From Bacteroidales bacterium (GTDB lineage Bacteria > Bacteroidota > Bacteroidia > Bacteroidales > UBA932), in assembly GCA_012511975.1 (NCBI GenBank), contig JAAZEZ010000069.1, positions 1 through 47,584 of the forward strand: 47,584 bases of DNA, in the 5' to 3' direction. A program made the translations under genes and the position numbers. The first letter of the stretch is position 1, and every line of letters begins with the position of its first letter. Positions 24,312 to 33,727 of the stretch are shown in pieces. The notes beneath the pieces were generated by a model. The model searched no databases. It had not been told where the DNA came from and saw only the letters and a list, made by a program, of their open reading frames with translations.

Positions 24312-27300
24312 TTAGAAGTTGATGTTAATACCGAAAATAAATGTAGATGGCAATCTTATGCCCATAGTCTCCGGATCAACTTTGACCTTGTTGCCCATCC
24401 AAAGAGCTCTGGGATTGTCAATCTGGAACTTCAGGGAGGCACGTTGGATGTTAACGGCATCAAGCCAAGATTCGGGAAAATCGTAACCCAGCACGATGTT
24501 CCTGATTTTCAGAAAAGCAGCACTATGGATTGCATTATTGCCATAACGGGGTTCGTTACCAAGTGAGTATGAAGCATATCGTCCGATACCGGGAGTATTT
24601 GTGGGATTGTCGGGGGTCCAGGCATTTACAAAATAACTAGCAACGGCACTATATGGTACTCCGAATGTTTCGACCTCAGGTAACGCACGCATTACATGGC
24701 CACCATAATATGCCATCAACACACTTAGACTGAAACCCTTCCAAGTCAAGCGATTATCGAAGCTGGCTACTACTATCGGCTCACTTTGTCCGGAGTATTC
24801 AAGAATATCTATGCTTTTCCCAGATACGCTGTGAGCTTTGTTGTCATCTTCTATATACCAAAGAGTCATACCCTTCTCACCTTCCTGATCGCTAATGCCC
24901 GCAAATCTGTATGACCATACCGCACTGGTTGGATAATCTACCCTGTACGGAGTACTCACCAACTGATATGCCATTGTAGAAGGATTTTCAATATCAGTCA
25001 CTTTATTTTTGTTAATTGCAAATGTTAGACTACTTGACCATCCAAAATCCTCCCTGCTACTCTCTCTAAACCAGTCAGCCGTCAATGACACTTCTACACC
25101 TCTGTTGACCATATCTGCCATATTCATAAACATTGAGCTGAATCCGGTAGAAGGGTCAAGGGTTTTGTATGAGAAGAGATCTTTGCCCACTTTATTGTAG
25201 AAATCTAACGATCCACTGAACCTGTTCTCAGCAAAGGAGTAATCAATACCGATATTGGTGGTACGTGTCTGCTCCCATTTCAAGTTGGGGTTAGCAGGAG
25301 ATTCGATTACACCGTAAGGAAGGTTGGTCAGCTCGTTAAAGCCTGAACTTCTTGCCGTCATATAACTTGTTGCCCCTTGATAGATGTTGCCAGTCACACC
25401 ATAGCTGATGCGAAGCTTGAGTACATTTATCCAGTTAACAGGGCTCATAAACTCCTCGTTATTGATGTTCCATGAGAAACCTGCTGACCACAACGGTTTA
25501 CCACGGAACTTCACATTAAGACCATATACATCCGCGTAATCTTTTCTAAAAGAACCAAATACATTGTATCTGTTATCATAAGTGTATGTGAAGTTGGCGT
25601 AACCCGATGCGTAGCGATGTTTCTGTTCAATGACGGGAGTCATGTTATTTTTGATATACGGAGTATATATGAACTGATTTGCAGGGTAACTGCCAAGATA
25701 TGTGGAGTAGTTCATCAATGCTAGAGTGGCGAAGTCAATTACCTGGGTAGATGCTGTCTGAAGCTGATCGTCATAACCGAGCATCAAACTACGTGTACCC
25801 TGGCTCAGGGTCTCCCTGAACTCGATACCCGCAAGTGCGGCAATGGTATGTTTACCGAATGTATTGGCATAATTAACCTGACCGCGGCCTGTCCAGTAAG
25901 CACCATCAGTATTGGTCGCCGATTTGAAACCTCCACTTCGTGGTGTAAGATAAGTAAGTGTACCATCAGGATTCTCCTGTGTATAGGCGTTACGCATCAA
26001 TCTAGCAGCATGGCTTTCCTGTGTTGCCAGCCAGTCCGATGTTGTATGGTTGCTCTCATACACAAACTGGGCTGTTGCTGTCAGACCATTAATTATCTTA
26101 AAAAGAAGATCACCGTGATAACGCATATACTGACGTTTTGTAGTCACGGTGTTGTTGTAATGCTCTGCAACGATGTCGGTGCCCAAAGGATAATAACCCT
26201 CCACTTCATTCTTATCCCAGTACTCATTTCCGTCATACCAGTAAAAGAATTTTTTATAGCTTCCATCCTCATTATACATTGTCTCGTATGCTGGTATCAT
26301 CCATGGATTAGTAAAGGATGCATTGTAATCATAACCTTGTGTCCTGCTCTTATCATAAATGCCGTTCACACTCAGGGTCGCTGTCAGCCATTTGGCAATG
26401 TCATAGCTGCCTTTGTAATTAATGTTGATCTGTTTGTAACCGGAGTTAATAACTCCTTGATTATCCTGTTTGTAATTGATTACAAAGTTGCTATTGAAGT
26501 TGTCAGCCCTGGAACGTATGGCAAGATTGTATTGTTGGAGAATCTTTCTCAAATATACAGCATCTGCATACTCCTGCGCAAAATTGTTCTGACTATATTT
26601 GCTGAGTAAGATATTGAGCTGTTCCTTGGAAATCTGTCCTATAGCATTTTTATAGTATGCATACTGGATTGGTGAAATAGCACCTGTGCCACTATTCAAT
26701 GATGATTCAAATGATCCTACAGGGTCAGCTACTTCACCATCGTTGTTGTTAAAGTAGTAATCATAATACTCTGATTCCGTTTTTACCTGTTGAGCGGCAT
26801 TCATATAGAAGTTATCTCCATAATCCATATTTGTTTTCTCGTAAAGAGTGATGTTTGAAGAAAAGTCAACATCGATTTTACCTTTATCCTTCGCACTTTT
26901 GGTATTAATAACGATGATACCATTGGATGCGCGCGCACCATAGATGGCGGCGGCTGCGGCATCCTTCAACACATTAATGCTCTCAATATCGTAAGGGTTG
27001 AGATCATCGAGTGAAGTCTCCACCGGTAGGCCATCAAGCACGATAAGCGGCTGTGTCTCCGAATATATTGAGCTCACGCCGCGAATTGTGAGTTTACCTC
27101 CGTACGTACTCAAACCTGCCACCTTACCTTCGAGACTATTTAGCAGATTGGGGTTATATCGCTCTTCAAGTGCTTTGGAACTTACGGTTGAAATAGATCC
27201 GGTCACCTTTTCTTTTTGAATGTTTTGATAACCGGTTACTACAATTTCATCTATGAAAAGGCGGCTGGAGGTCATTATAACATTCATAACGCTCCTACCG

Positions 27301-27878
27301 TTAGTAGGAATTACCACTGTTTCCATTCCAAGAAGCGTGAACTCAAGTTCAGCCTCATTTACATTTTTCACATCGATTGAATAGTTGCCGTTCTCATCGG
27401 AAATAGCATAAGCATTAGTCTTCTTGTCAACAACGGCAACACCAGCAAGCTTTTCACCATTAGTGTCATAAATGGACCCCTTGACTGTAACTTTTAGTTC
27501 CCTGGTTCCTGCCGATGGTTTTGGAGTTTGGTCTACAGAGGTTGTAGAGGAGGGTGCTAAAGCGATCTGTTTATCAAGGATGGTATAACTGATACCGTTT
27601 GGAATTAAGATTCTATCCAATACGGAGGTCAGCGTTTCATTAGTCACCTTGATGGTAATGATGTTTTTTGCTCCTATAAGCGCGTCATTGTAAACAAAGG
27701 TGTAATCCGTCTGTTTCTGAATTTCGTTTAATACGCTTTTCAAGGGCGCCTTTTCGAAATTCAATGTGATATTCTGAGCACCCGCGATTTGCGCTGATGC
27801 CATCAGTGCCACAGCCATGGCTAGAATCACCTTGACGGACCTGTTTTGGAAGAGTTTTTTTAAAAATCTCATAATCAA
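24312..27878 (-). CDS. SusC/RagA-family TonB-dependent outer-membrane transporter with an N-terminal STN signalling domain
   Basis: 1188 aa. STN-like ITLNFEKAPLKSVLNEIQKQTDYTFVY; a CarboxypepD_reg-like VTVKGSIYDTNGEKLAGVAVV; plug LTIRGVSSIYSETQPLIVLDGLPV; and a C-terminal aromatic residue (…GININF). Confidence 0.93.
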   Translation of the reverse strand: MIMRFLKKLFQNRSVKVILAMAVALMASAQIAGAQNITLNFEKAPLKSVLNEIQKQTDYTFVYNDALIGAKNIITIKVTNETLTSVLDRILIPNGISYTILDKQIALAPSSTTSVDQTPKPSAGTRELKVTVKGSIYDTNGEKLAGVAVVDKKTNAYAISDENGNYSIDVKNVNEAELEFTLLGMETVVIPTNGRSVMNVIMTSSRLFIDEIVVTGYQNIQKEKVTGSISTVSSKALEERYNPNLLNSLEGKVAGLSTYGGKLTIRGVSSIYSETQPLIVLDGLPVETSLDDLNPYDIESINVLKDAAAAAIYGARASNGIIVINTKSAKDKGKIDVDFSSNITLYEKTNMDYGDNFYMNAAQQVKTESEYYDYYFNNNDGEVADPVGSFESSLNSGTGAISPIQYAYYKNAIGQISKEQLNILLSKYSQNNFAQEYADAVYLRKILQQYNLAIRSRADNFNSNFVINYKQDNQGVINSGYKQININYKGSYDIAKWLTATLSVNGIYDKSRTQGYDYNASFTNPWMIPAYETMYNEDGSYKKFFYWYDGNEYWDKNEVEGYYPLGTDIVAEHYNNTVTTKRQYMRYHGDLLFKIINGLTATAQFVYESNHTTSDWLATQESHAARLMRNAYTQENPDGTLTYLTPRSGGFKSATNTDGAYWTGRGQVNYANTFGKHTIAALAGIEFRETLSQGTRSLMLGYDDQLQTASTQVIDFATLALMNYSTYLGSYPANQFIYTPYIKNNMTPVIEQKHRYASGYANFTYTYDNRYNVFGSFRKDYADVYGLNVKFRGKPLWSAGFSWNINNEEFMSPVNWINVLKLRISYGVTGNIYQGATSYMTARSSGFNELTNLPYGVIESPANPNLKWEQTRTTNIGIDYSFAENRFSGSLDFYNKVGKDLFSYKTLDPSTGFSSMFMNMADMVNRGVEVSLTADWFRESSREDFGWSSSLTFAINKNKVTDIENPSTMAYQLVSTPYRVDYPTSAVWSYRFAGISDQEGEKGMTLWYIEDDNKAHSVSGKSIDILEYSGQSEPIVVASFDNRLTWKGFSLSVLMAYYGGHVMRALPEVETFGVPYSAVASYFVNAWTPDNPTNTPGIGRYASYSLGNEPRYGNNAIHSAAFLKIRNIVLGYDFPESWLDAVNIQRASLKFQIDNPRALWMGNKVKVDPETMGIRLPSTFIFGININF

Positions 27879-27895
27879 GATGTTAAGGTTAATTT

Positions 27896-28414
27896 TTATT
27901 TAATTAGTTGTTTAAGAGTCAGATAAAATTCAGGACTTTCACCAAGAGTGACGTTAACAATAGTTCCTTGGGGATCGATGATTATCTTTGTGGGATAACC
28001 CTTAACGAAATAAATCTGTGTGATATCCGGATTTTTTCCATTGACCACATTTATCCAAGGAAGCTCATTGTCAGCGACGGTTTTCCGCCATTTATCCGGT
28101 TGGTCTTTGCACGCTATGCCTACAAATTCAACATTCTTACCTTTGAGTTCTGCATAGGCCTCTTTCATTTCTGGAAAACCTTTAATGCACCATTTACACC
28201 AGCTACCCCAGAAATCGAGCACAACATATTTACCCTTTAGGGAAGAAAGTCTAAATTCATTTCCATGAACATCAGTCGCCGTAAAATCAGGTGCATCCTG
28301 GCCCACAGAAAGAGTTTCCCGCTTACCCTGAATGAGATTTGCTCGTGAAGCAACCTGTGCAAACATAGTTGTTACTGATACAACAATCAAAACAGTGAGA
28401 AGAAGTTTTTTCAT
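27896..28414 (-). CDS. TlpA/ResA-like periplasmic thioredoxin (thiol-disulfide oxidoreductase)
   Basis: VLDFWGSWCKWCIKGFPE (WCxxC). Signal peptide MKKLLLTVLIVVSVTTMFAQ, using the ATG at 28414; the alternative start is at 28438. Confidence 0.85.
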   Translation of the reverse strand: MKKLLLTVLIVVSVTTMFAQVASRANLIQGKRETLSVGQDAPDFTATDVHGNEFRLSSLKGKYVVLDFWGSWCKWCIKGFPEMKEAYAELKGKNVEFVGIACKDQPDKWRKTVADNELPWINVVNGKNPDITQIYFVKGYPTKIIIDPQGTIVNVTLGESPEFYLTLKQLIK

Positions 28415-28465
28415 ACATTTAGATGGTTTCCTTAACATTATTACAATTTTCCACGCTTATTCACT

Positions 28466-28499
28466 AAAAAAAGAGAGAAAATCTCAATTTTCTCTCTTT
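28466..28499 (-). terminator. Rho-independent terminator (minus strand) between dsbD and the tlpA-susC genes
   Basis: Perfect 13-bp stem (plus strand AAAGAGAGAAAAT-CTCA-ATTTTCTCTCTTT). On the minus strand it is followed by a 7-T run. It lies about 100 nt downstream of the dsbD stop. Confidence 0.7.
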
Positions 28500-28595
28500 C
28501 ACTCCAGTAACTTATCCTATGAAACTACATTGCCATCGTAGCGTATAACAAGATGAACGATACCGCAAAAATGTCACCGTTTCATATAATGTCTA

Positions 28596-30659
28596 CTAAT
28601 GTTGTTCATTTTTGTATGCCTTGACTCCCTCTTCAAGCCATTGGATGAAGGATTCCACGTCGAGGTTGTAGCCGCGGGGCTCCACCAACTGTCTGCCGTT
28701 GTTATCCTCCAGAACATAATATGGCTGAGCATTGACTCCGTATCTTGTCAATGCAAAATGGGAGTTGATCTTGCCGAGTGTTTTGAGTACTTTTCCATTA
28801 TCATTCGTCACCCAATTCTCCTCAGGGACCTGTTTCTTGTCATCTGCATAGAGGGCACAGATTACATAATCCCTTTTGAGAATCTCAAGCACCCTCGGAT
28901 CACTCCATACCCTCGCCTCCATCTCACGACAATTGACGCATCCGTGGCCGGTAAAATCTACGAATACCGGTTTACCGACCTTTGCGGCGTGAGCCTGAGC
29001 CTCCTCCAGATCAAAAAAGCCGCTCAATCCATGAGGAAGTTTAAGAAAATCCCCATATTTGACAGTATATGCGCTTGCCGCTTCAGCCTGAGTGGTACGA
29101 CTTCCGTCTGTTGGTATCACAAAATCTTGTGTGCTGATAGGAGGCAAATAACCGGAGAGGCCTTTTAAAGGAGCACCCCACATACCGGGGATCATATATA
29201 CCACAAAGCTGAAGGATGCTATCGCGAGTACCAGGCGAAAAACCCCAATGTGCTGGAGGTCGCTATCGTGCTTGAACTTGAGTTTGCCCAGCAGGTAAAA
29301 TCCCAATAATGTAAAGCAGACAATCCATATCGCAAGATAAATCTCCCTGTCCAGGAGTCCCCAGTGATAGACCTGATCAGCAACGCTGAGGAACTTAAAA
29401 CCAAGTGCCACCTCGATGAATCCAAGCACCACCTTAACGGAGTTGAGCCATCCACCACTCTGGGGAATATTACTCAGCAGAGAGGGGAAGAGGGCGAAGA
29501 TCATGAAAGGGAGCGCAAAAGCCAAAGAGAAGGCCAGCATAGTGATAATTGGGGCCCAAAACTCACCTGCAGTGGATTTTATGAGTACCGTACCCACAAT
29601 GGGGCCTGTACATGAGAAGGATACCAGCACGAGAGTCAGAGCAAGGAAAAACACTCCTCCCAATCCCTGACGTTTACTCGCCTGCTGGTCACTTTTATTG
29701 ACCAGCTTGCTCGGCATTACTATCTCGAATGCACCAAAGAAGGAGGCGGCAAAGGCCATAAATACCAGGAAGAAGAGGATGTTGGGCAGCCAGTGGGTAG
29801 CCAACCAGTTGAAGATATCTGCAGTGACGGCATCTCCTCCTACCAGACGTGTTATGATGATTATAGCCGCAATAGGAACTGTATATAGTAATACTATAAA
29901 TACACCGTACATTATGGCGCGGAACCTGCCTCTTGCTTTGTCCTCAGAACCCTTAATGAAGAATGATACGGTCATCGGCACCATGGGGAAAACACAAGGA
30001 GTCAGTAATGCTGCAAATCCCCATAATATAGCCTCAATGATCATAGCCCAAAGCGAACCGCCCCTTGTAGCCCTTTCGGAGGCCGACATCTGAACTTCAC
30101 TATCAGGTGATGAGACAGCGGCGATCTCGTCAGACTCTTCCTGAGTAAGTCCGGGAGCTTCCTGAGCTGTAGCATTCTGCACTTCCGATGCAAGAAAGGG
30201 TGCTTGCAGCTCTATTTTCATGGTATGGTCATCCGGCGGAGTACAGCTGGTATCGTCGCAGGTCATCCACTCGACCATTACTTCCACAGTGGCTTTCGGT
30301 ACTGCAAGTTTTACCTTCTGAACAAAAGTGACGCTCTTCTCGTAGTAGCCGATTACCATACCGAACATAGGATCATCCACCTTGATCGGCTTCTCAATGG
30401 AACTGGTCTCTCCCACCTTGGTCACACCATTGGGAAGGGTAAAGATAAATGTTGTGGCATTAGGACCGTTTTCATAAGGACCCATATCGTACATATGCCA
30501 TCCCGGGGCAATGGAAGCCGTTATTTTTATATCGAATGTTTTATCACCAACTGCCTCCGAAGCAATTTTCCAGGAAACAAGATCCGACTGTGAATATGCT
30601 AAAATAGAAATTCCTGATAGGAGCGTCAGGACAAAAAATAATTTTTTGATGAATCGCAT
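28596..30659 (-). CDS. dsbD: Thiol:disulfide interchange protein DsbD (alpha domain, CcdA-type membrane core, C-terminal thioredoxin)
   Basis: Alpha domain PGWHMYD...EWMTCDDTSCTPP; membrane cysteines LLTPCVFPMVP and VSFSCTGPIVG; gamma domain VDFTGHGCVNCREME. 687 aa. Confidence 0.9.
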   Translation of the reverse strand: MRFIKKLFFVLTLLSGISILAYSQSDLVSWKIASEAVGDKTFDIKITASIAPGWHMYDMGPYENGPNATTFIFTLPNGVTKVGETSSIEKPIKVDDPMFGMVIGYYEKSVTFVQKVKLAVPKATVEVMVEWMTCDDTSCTPPDDHTMKIELQAPFLASEVQNATAQEAPGLTQEESDEIAAVSSPDSEVQMSASERATRGGSLWAMIIEAILWGFAALLTPCVFPMVPMTVSFFIKGSEDKARGRFRAIMYGVFIVLLYTVPIAAIIIITRLVGGDAVTADIFNWLATHWLPNILFFLVFMAFAASFFGAFEIVMPSKLVNKSDQQASKRQGLGGVFFLALTLVLVSFSCTGPIVGTVLIKSTAGEFWAPIITMLAFSLAFALPFMIFALFPSLLSNIPQSGGWLNSVKVVLGFIEVALGFKFLSVADQVYHWGLLDREIYLAIWIVCFTLLGFYLLGKLKFKHDSDLQHIGVFRLVLAIASFSFVVYMIPGMWGAPLKGLSGYLPPISTQDFVIPTDGSRTTQAEAASAYTVKYGDFLKLPHGLSGFFDLEEAQAHAAKVGKPVFVDFTGHGCVNCREMEARVWSDPRVLEILKRDYVICALYADDKKQVPEENWVTNDNGKVLKTLGKINSHFALTRYGVNAQPYYVLEDNNGRQLVEPRGYNLDVESFIQWLEEGVKAYKNEQH

Positions 30660-30680
30660 TGCTATATTTTATTGTTATTA

Positions 30681-31616
30681 TCAATAGAGGGAAACACGGT
30701 TGTCCTGCACGGATGATCTCACACCACAGGTAAGACGAAGCAAATTGAGCACCTGTCCAAGTGACTCCGAGCTAAAACTTGCCGTAAAAACATTGTCCAT
30801 CACTTTTGTGTTGTTGACAGTAATGACCACTCCATACCAACGCTCGATTTTTTTGATCACCTCCTCGATAGGAGTATTGTCAAATACCAGATATCCATCT
30901 TTCCATGAGGTATTTAGCCTCATATCAGCAATCTTGCGCCCTGCGGAGGAAAGGCCTTCAGTGGAAACAATTATCTCTTCTTTTTCCTTAAGCACTATCT
31001 CCTTGTCTTGACCGTCTGTCATAATCGAAACCCTGCCAGATACAAGGGTGAGTTTAAGATTTTTGTCATTACTGTATGAAGATAGATTGAATTCGGTGCC
31101 GGTGACATTTACTATAACACCCTTCTTCGTGCGAACAAACATTGGCCAGTCACGATTGCTTTTCACTTTAAAGTATCCTTCTCCATCGAGTTCGACTACA
31201 CGCTTGCCATCCTCGAATCTTGAAGGACATGTGAGTCTGCTGTCGCTGTTTAGAATTACCTCGCTGCCGTCAGGAAGTATTATACTGCCCTTAACGCCGG
31301 GATTTACACTATATTTGAGAATGGCATCATTCTGCTCAAGATCGGGTACCACCATTATTAGTTTATACTCCGCTGTGATATTTTCAAGCTGTTTTTCAAG
31401 ACTTCTGTTGTGAAGAATAATAATACCACTAACAACCAGCAACACAGCTGCCGCAACTGAAATTGCCCATACGAAACTACGCTTTAGTGGAGTTCTGTCA
31501 TAGCCGACGGCACATCTAATATCATGCAATGACTCAGGAGAGGGTGCACTGTTAGGCAGATTCGAAAATACCCACTCTGCCTTTTCTTTATAATCTTGTA
31601 TGTTTTTATCTTTCAT
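30681..31616 (-). CDS. FecR-family anti-sigma factor
   Basis: Single TM segment (VWAISVAAAVLLVVSGIIIL), a periplasmic FecR domain and a C-terminal ERWYGVVITV motif (DUF4974-type). Confidence 0.88.
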   Translation of the reverse strand: MKDKNIQDYKEKAEWVFSNLPNSAPSPESLHDIRCAVGYDRTPLKRSFVWAISVAAAVLLVVSGIIILHNRSLEKQLENITAEYKLIMVVPDLEQNDAILKYSVNPGVKGSIILPDGSEVILNSDSRLTCPSRFEDGKRVVELDGEGYFKVKSNRDWPMFVRTKKGVIVNVTGTEFNLSSYSNDKNLKLTLVSGRVSIMTDGQDKEIVLKEKEEIIVSTEGLSSAGRKIADMRLNTSWKDGYLVFDNTPIEEVIKKIERWYGVVITVNNTKVMDNVFTASFSSESLGQVLNLLRLTCGVRSSVQDNRVSLY

Positions 31617-31666
31617 TTCTTACATTTTGTTACAGTTAATACAGAAACACTAAACAGTTCCCTAAA

Positions 31667-32245
31667 TTATTGTTGGAAAATCATCAATTTTTTGCGAAAT
31701 ATTTTCAAGGCTTTAGAGATGTTAAACTCCACTTTTTTTACCGAAATCTCCAATTTGCGGGCAATTTCCTCATAAGAAAGCCCTTCTTTTCTGCTCATGA
31801 CAAAAATCGTTCTGACTAGGTCCGGTAGTTCATTATAGGTAACATCTATGATCCTTTTCATATCCAGCGAATCAATTATGGAAACCAGGCTGTCGTCCGT
31901 CAATGCTCTGATCATATTGTCAAAACCCGAACGTTCAATAGAATCAGTCATTCTTGTACGAAGCATACTTAAATGATTAAGAGCTTTGTTGCGAGCAATA
32001 GTGTATAAATATGAGCGCAAATTCTGCTTAGGATCAATGCGGTGTCTCGTATCCCATAATGTAAGGAATGTATCCTGCGCCAAATCCGCTGCTACATCCG
32101 AATCTCCCGTATAATGGAAAATAAAGAAGCGTATGTTCTCAAATTCCGCTTTAAAAAGCACTTCAAACGCATCCTTGCTCGACGACTTGATCGCAGTCGA
32201 AAGCGAGCGAATAACATCTTGTTCCCATTTGTGATAAGTGCTCAT
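31667..32245 (-). CDS. ECF (sigma-70 family) RNA polymerase sigma factor
   Basis: Region 2 (FIFHYTGDSDVAADLAQDTFLTLW) and region 4 HTH (SYEEIARKLEISVKKVEFNISKAL). It lies directly upstream of the FecR gene. Confidence 0.9.
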   Translation of the reverse strand: MSTYHKWEQDVIRSLSTAIKSSSKDAFEVLFKAEFENIRFFIFHYTGDSDVAADLAQDTFLTLWDTRHRIDPKQNLRSYLYTIARNKALNHLSMLRTRMTDSIERSGFDNMIRALTDDSLVSIIDSLDMKRIIDVTYNELPDLVRTIFVMSRKEGLSYEEIARKLEISVKKVEFNISKALKIFRKKLMIFQQ

Positions 32246-32265
32246 TACTCCGTGATATTATTGCC

Positions 32266-32273
32266 CAAAGATA
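32266..32273 (-). promoter_or_regulatory. Candidate -7 box (TATCTTTG on the minus strand) for the ECF sigma gene
   Basis: Plus strand CAAAGATA, 20 nt upstream of ATG 32245. Confidence 0.45.
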
Positions 32274-32318
32274 ACCAAATTGTCAAAACGATGGAAAAAT
32301 TATTACCTTTGTTATGAA

Positions 32319-33725
32319 ATGTTAAAGCAGACATTACAACAGACACAGACTACAAAGCTCTCTCCGCTGCAGATTCAAACCATCAAGCTTCTGGAGCTGC
32401 CGATGCTGGAACTTGAGCAGAAGATACAGAGGGAGATAGAAGAAAATCCTGTCCTGGATGAAGTTATACCGGAATCCGAGGAAGAGGATGCGGCTGATAT
32501 TTCCCTTGACTCATACGACCAGGACGATCCTACACCCTCATACAAACTTCGTGTCAATAATCAGGGCAAAGACCTCAAGCCTCAGTACAATACATTCTCC
32601 GTTCAGGAAAGTTTTCACCAAAACCTTATAAAACAACTAGGTTTCTACTCTCTTGACAACAGAAAAAAGCAAATTGCCACCTTCATGATTGGAATGCTTG
32701 AGGACGATGGATACCTCAGGCGTGATCTGGACTCCCTTACGGATGATATCGCCTTCCGTCTGGGTATTGAAACCACTGAAGATGAACTGGAGGAGATTCT
32801 ATTTATAATACAGGAGTTTGAGCCTGTGGGCGTCGGCGCAAGAGACCTTAGAGAGTGTCTCCTGCTGCAAATTGCCACCAAGAAACAAACTCCCTCGCAA
32901 CAACTTGCCGAAACCATCCTCAGGGACTATTTCAACGAATTCTCCAGAAAGCATTATTCCAAACTCATGTCCCGGCTGGGTGTCACAAATGATGAGCTCA
33001 AAGAGGCTATCGAAGAGATCCAGCGCCTTAATCCCCGCCCCGGCGGACAGATTGACGACTCCTATTCAGAACAAACTCAACAAGTGATTCCGGATTTTAT
33101 ATTGGAACTCAAAGAGGGCGAATTGGTGATGACAATGCCCAGATACTCCATACCTGAGCTCAGAGTCAACAGACGCTACGCAGATATGCTGATAAAGGGC
33201 TCAAATGCAAACACCAAAGCAGGTAAGGAGGCCGTCACCTTTGTTAAAAAGAAACTTGACGACGCCAAATGGTTTATCGAGGCTATAAAGCAGCGCCAAA
33301 ACACTCTTCAGAACACAATGAACGCCATTATAGACTTCCAGAGAGAATACTTTATGGATGGTGATGAGACCAAGCTCAAGCCTATGGTACTTCGCAATAT
33401 CGCCGAAAAAGCCAATCTGGACATCTCGACCATTTCCAGAGTGGTCAATTGCAAATATATACAGACTCATTTCGGCATCTATCCGTTGAAATATTTCTTC
33501 TCCGAAGGCCTTATCAATGAAGATGGAGAGGAGGTTTCCACCCGCGAAATTAAAAATGTCCTCGTCCGGATTATAGACAACGAAGACAAAACCGCTCCAC
33601 TGACGGACGAGAGCATAGTTGAAGCCCTTTCGGAAAAGGGTTACAAGGTAGCCAGACGCACGGTAGCCAAATACCGCGACCAGCTTGGCATACCTGTAGC
33701 CAAACAAAGAGTGGAATTGTTATAA
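32319..33725 (+). CDS. rpoN: RNA polymerase sigma-54 factor
   Basis: N-terminal MLKQTLQQTQTTKLSPLQIQ and the RpoN box ARRTVAKYR near the C-terminus. The start was set at ATG 32319 within ORF 32280..33725. A TACCTTTG box lies at 32304..32311. Confidence 0.93.
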   Translation: MLKQTLQQTQTTKLSPLQIQTIKLLELPMLELEQKIQREIEENPVLDEVIPESEEEDAADISLDSYDQDDPTPSYKLRVNNQGKDLKPQYNTFSVQESFHQNLIKQLGFYSLDNRKKQIATFMIGMLEDDGYLRRDLDSLTDDIAFRLGIETTEDELEEILFIIQEFEPVGVGARDLRECLLLQIATKKQTPSQQLAETILRDYFNEFSRKHYSKLMSRLGVTNDELKEAIEEIQRLNPRPGGQIDDSYSEQTQQVIPDFILELKEGELVMTMPRYSIPELRVNRRYADMLIKGSNANTKAGKEAVTFVKKKLDDAKWFIEAIKQRQNTLQNTMNAIIDFQREYFMDGDETKLKPMVLRNIAEKANLDISTISRVVNCKYIQTHFGIYPLKYFFSEGLINEDGEEVSTREIKNVLVRIIDNEDKTAPLTDESIVEALSEKGYKVARRTVAKYRDQLGIPVAKQRVELL

Positions 33726-33727
33726 TC

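Noticed and set aside
25848-26609. 253-aa plus-strand ORF inside the SusC-like gene
   Set aside because: It is fully embedded antisense to a strongly supported TonB-dependent transporter gene. The translation is Cys/Ile/Val-rich low-complexity with no motif. This is a typical shadow ORF.
28415-28465. GTAATAAT 8-mer shared upstream of tlpA (28.4 kb) and upstream of the ECF sigma gene (32.3 kb), considered as a possible ECF promoter element
   Set aside because: A single AT-rich 8-mer match is expected by chance in AT-rich intergenic DNA. No -35/-10 ECF-like pair could be defined without comparative data.
33201-33707. 168-aa minus-strand ORF inside rpoN
   Set aside because: It is antisense to sigma-54, which has the RpoN box and canonical N-terminus. 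It has no motifs of its own.
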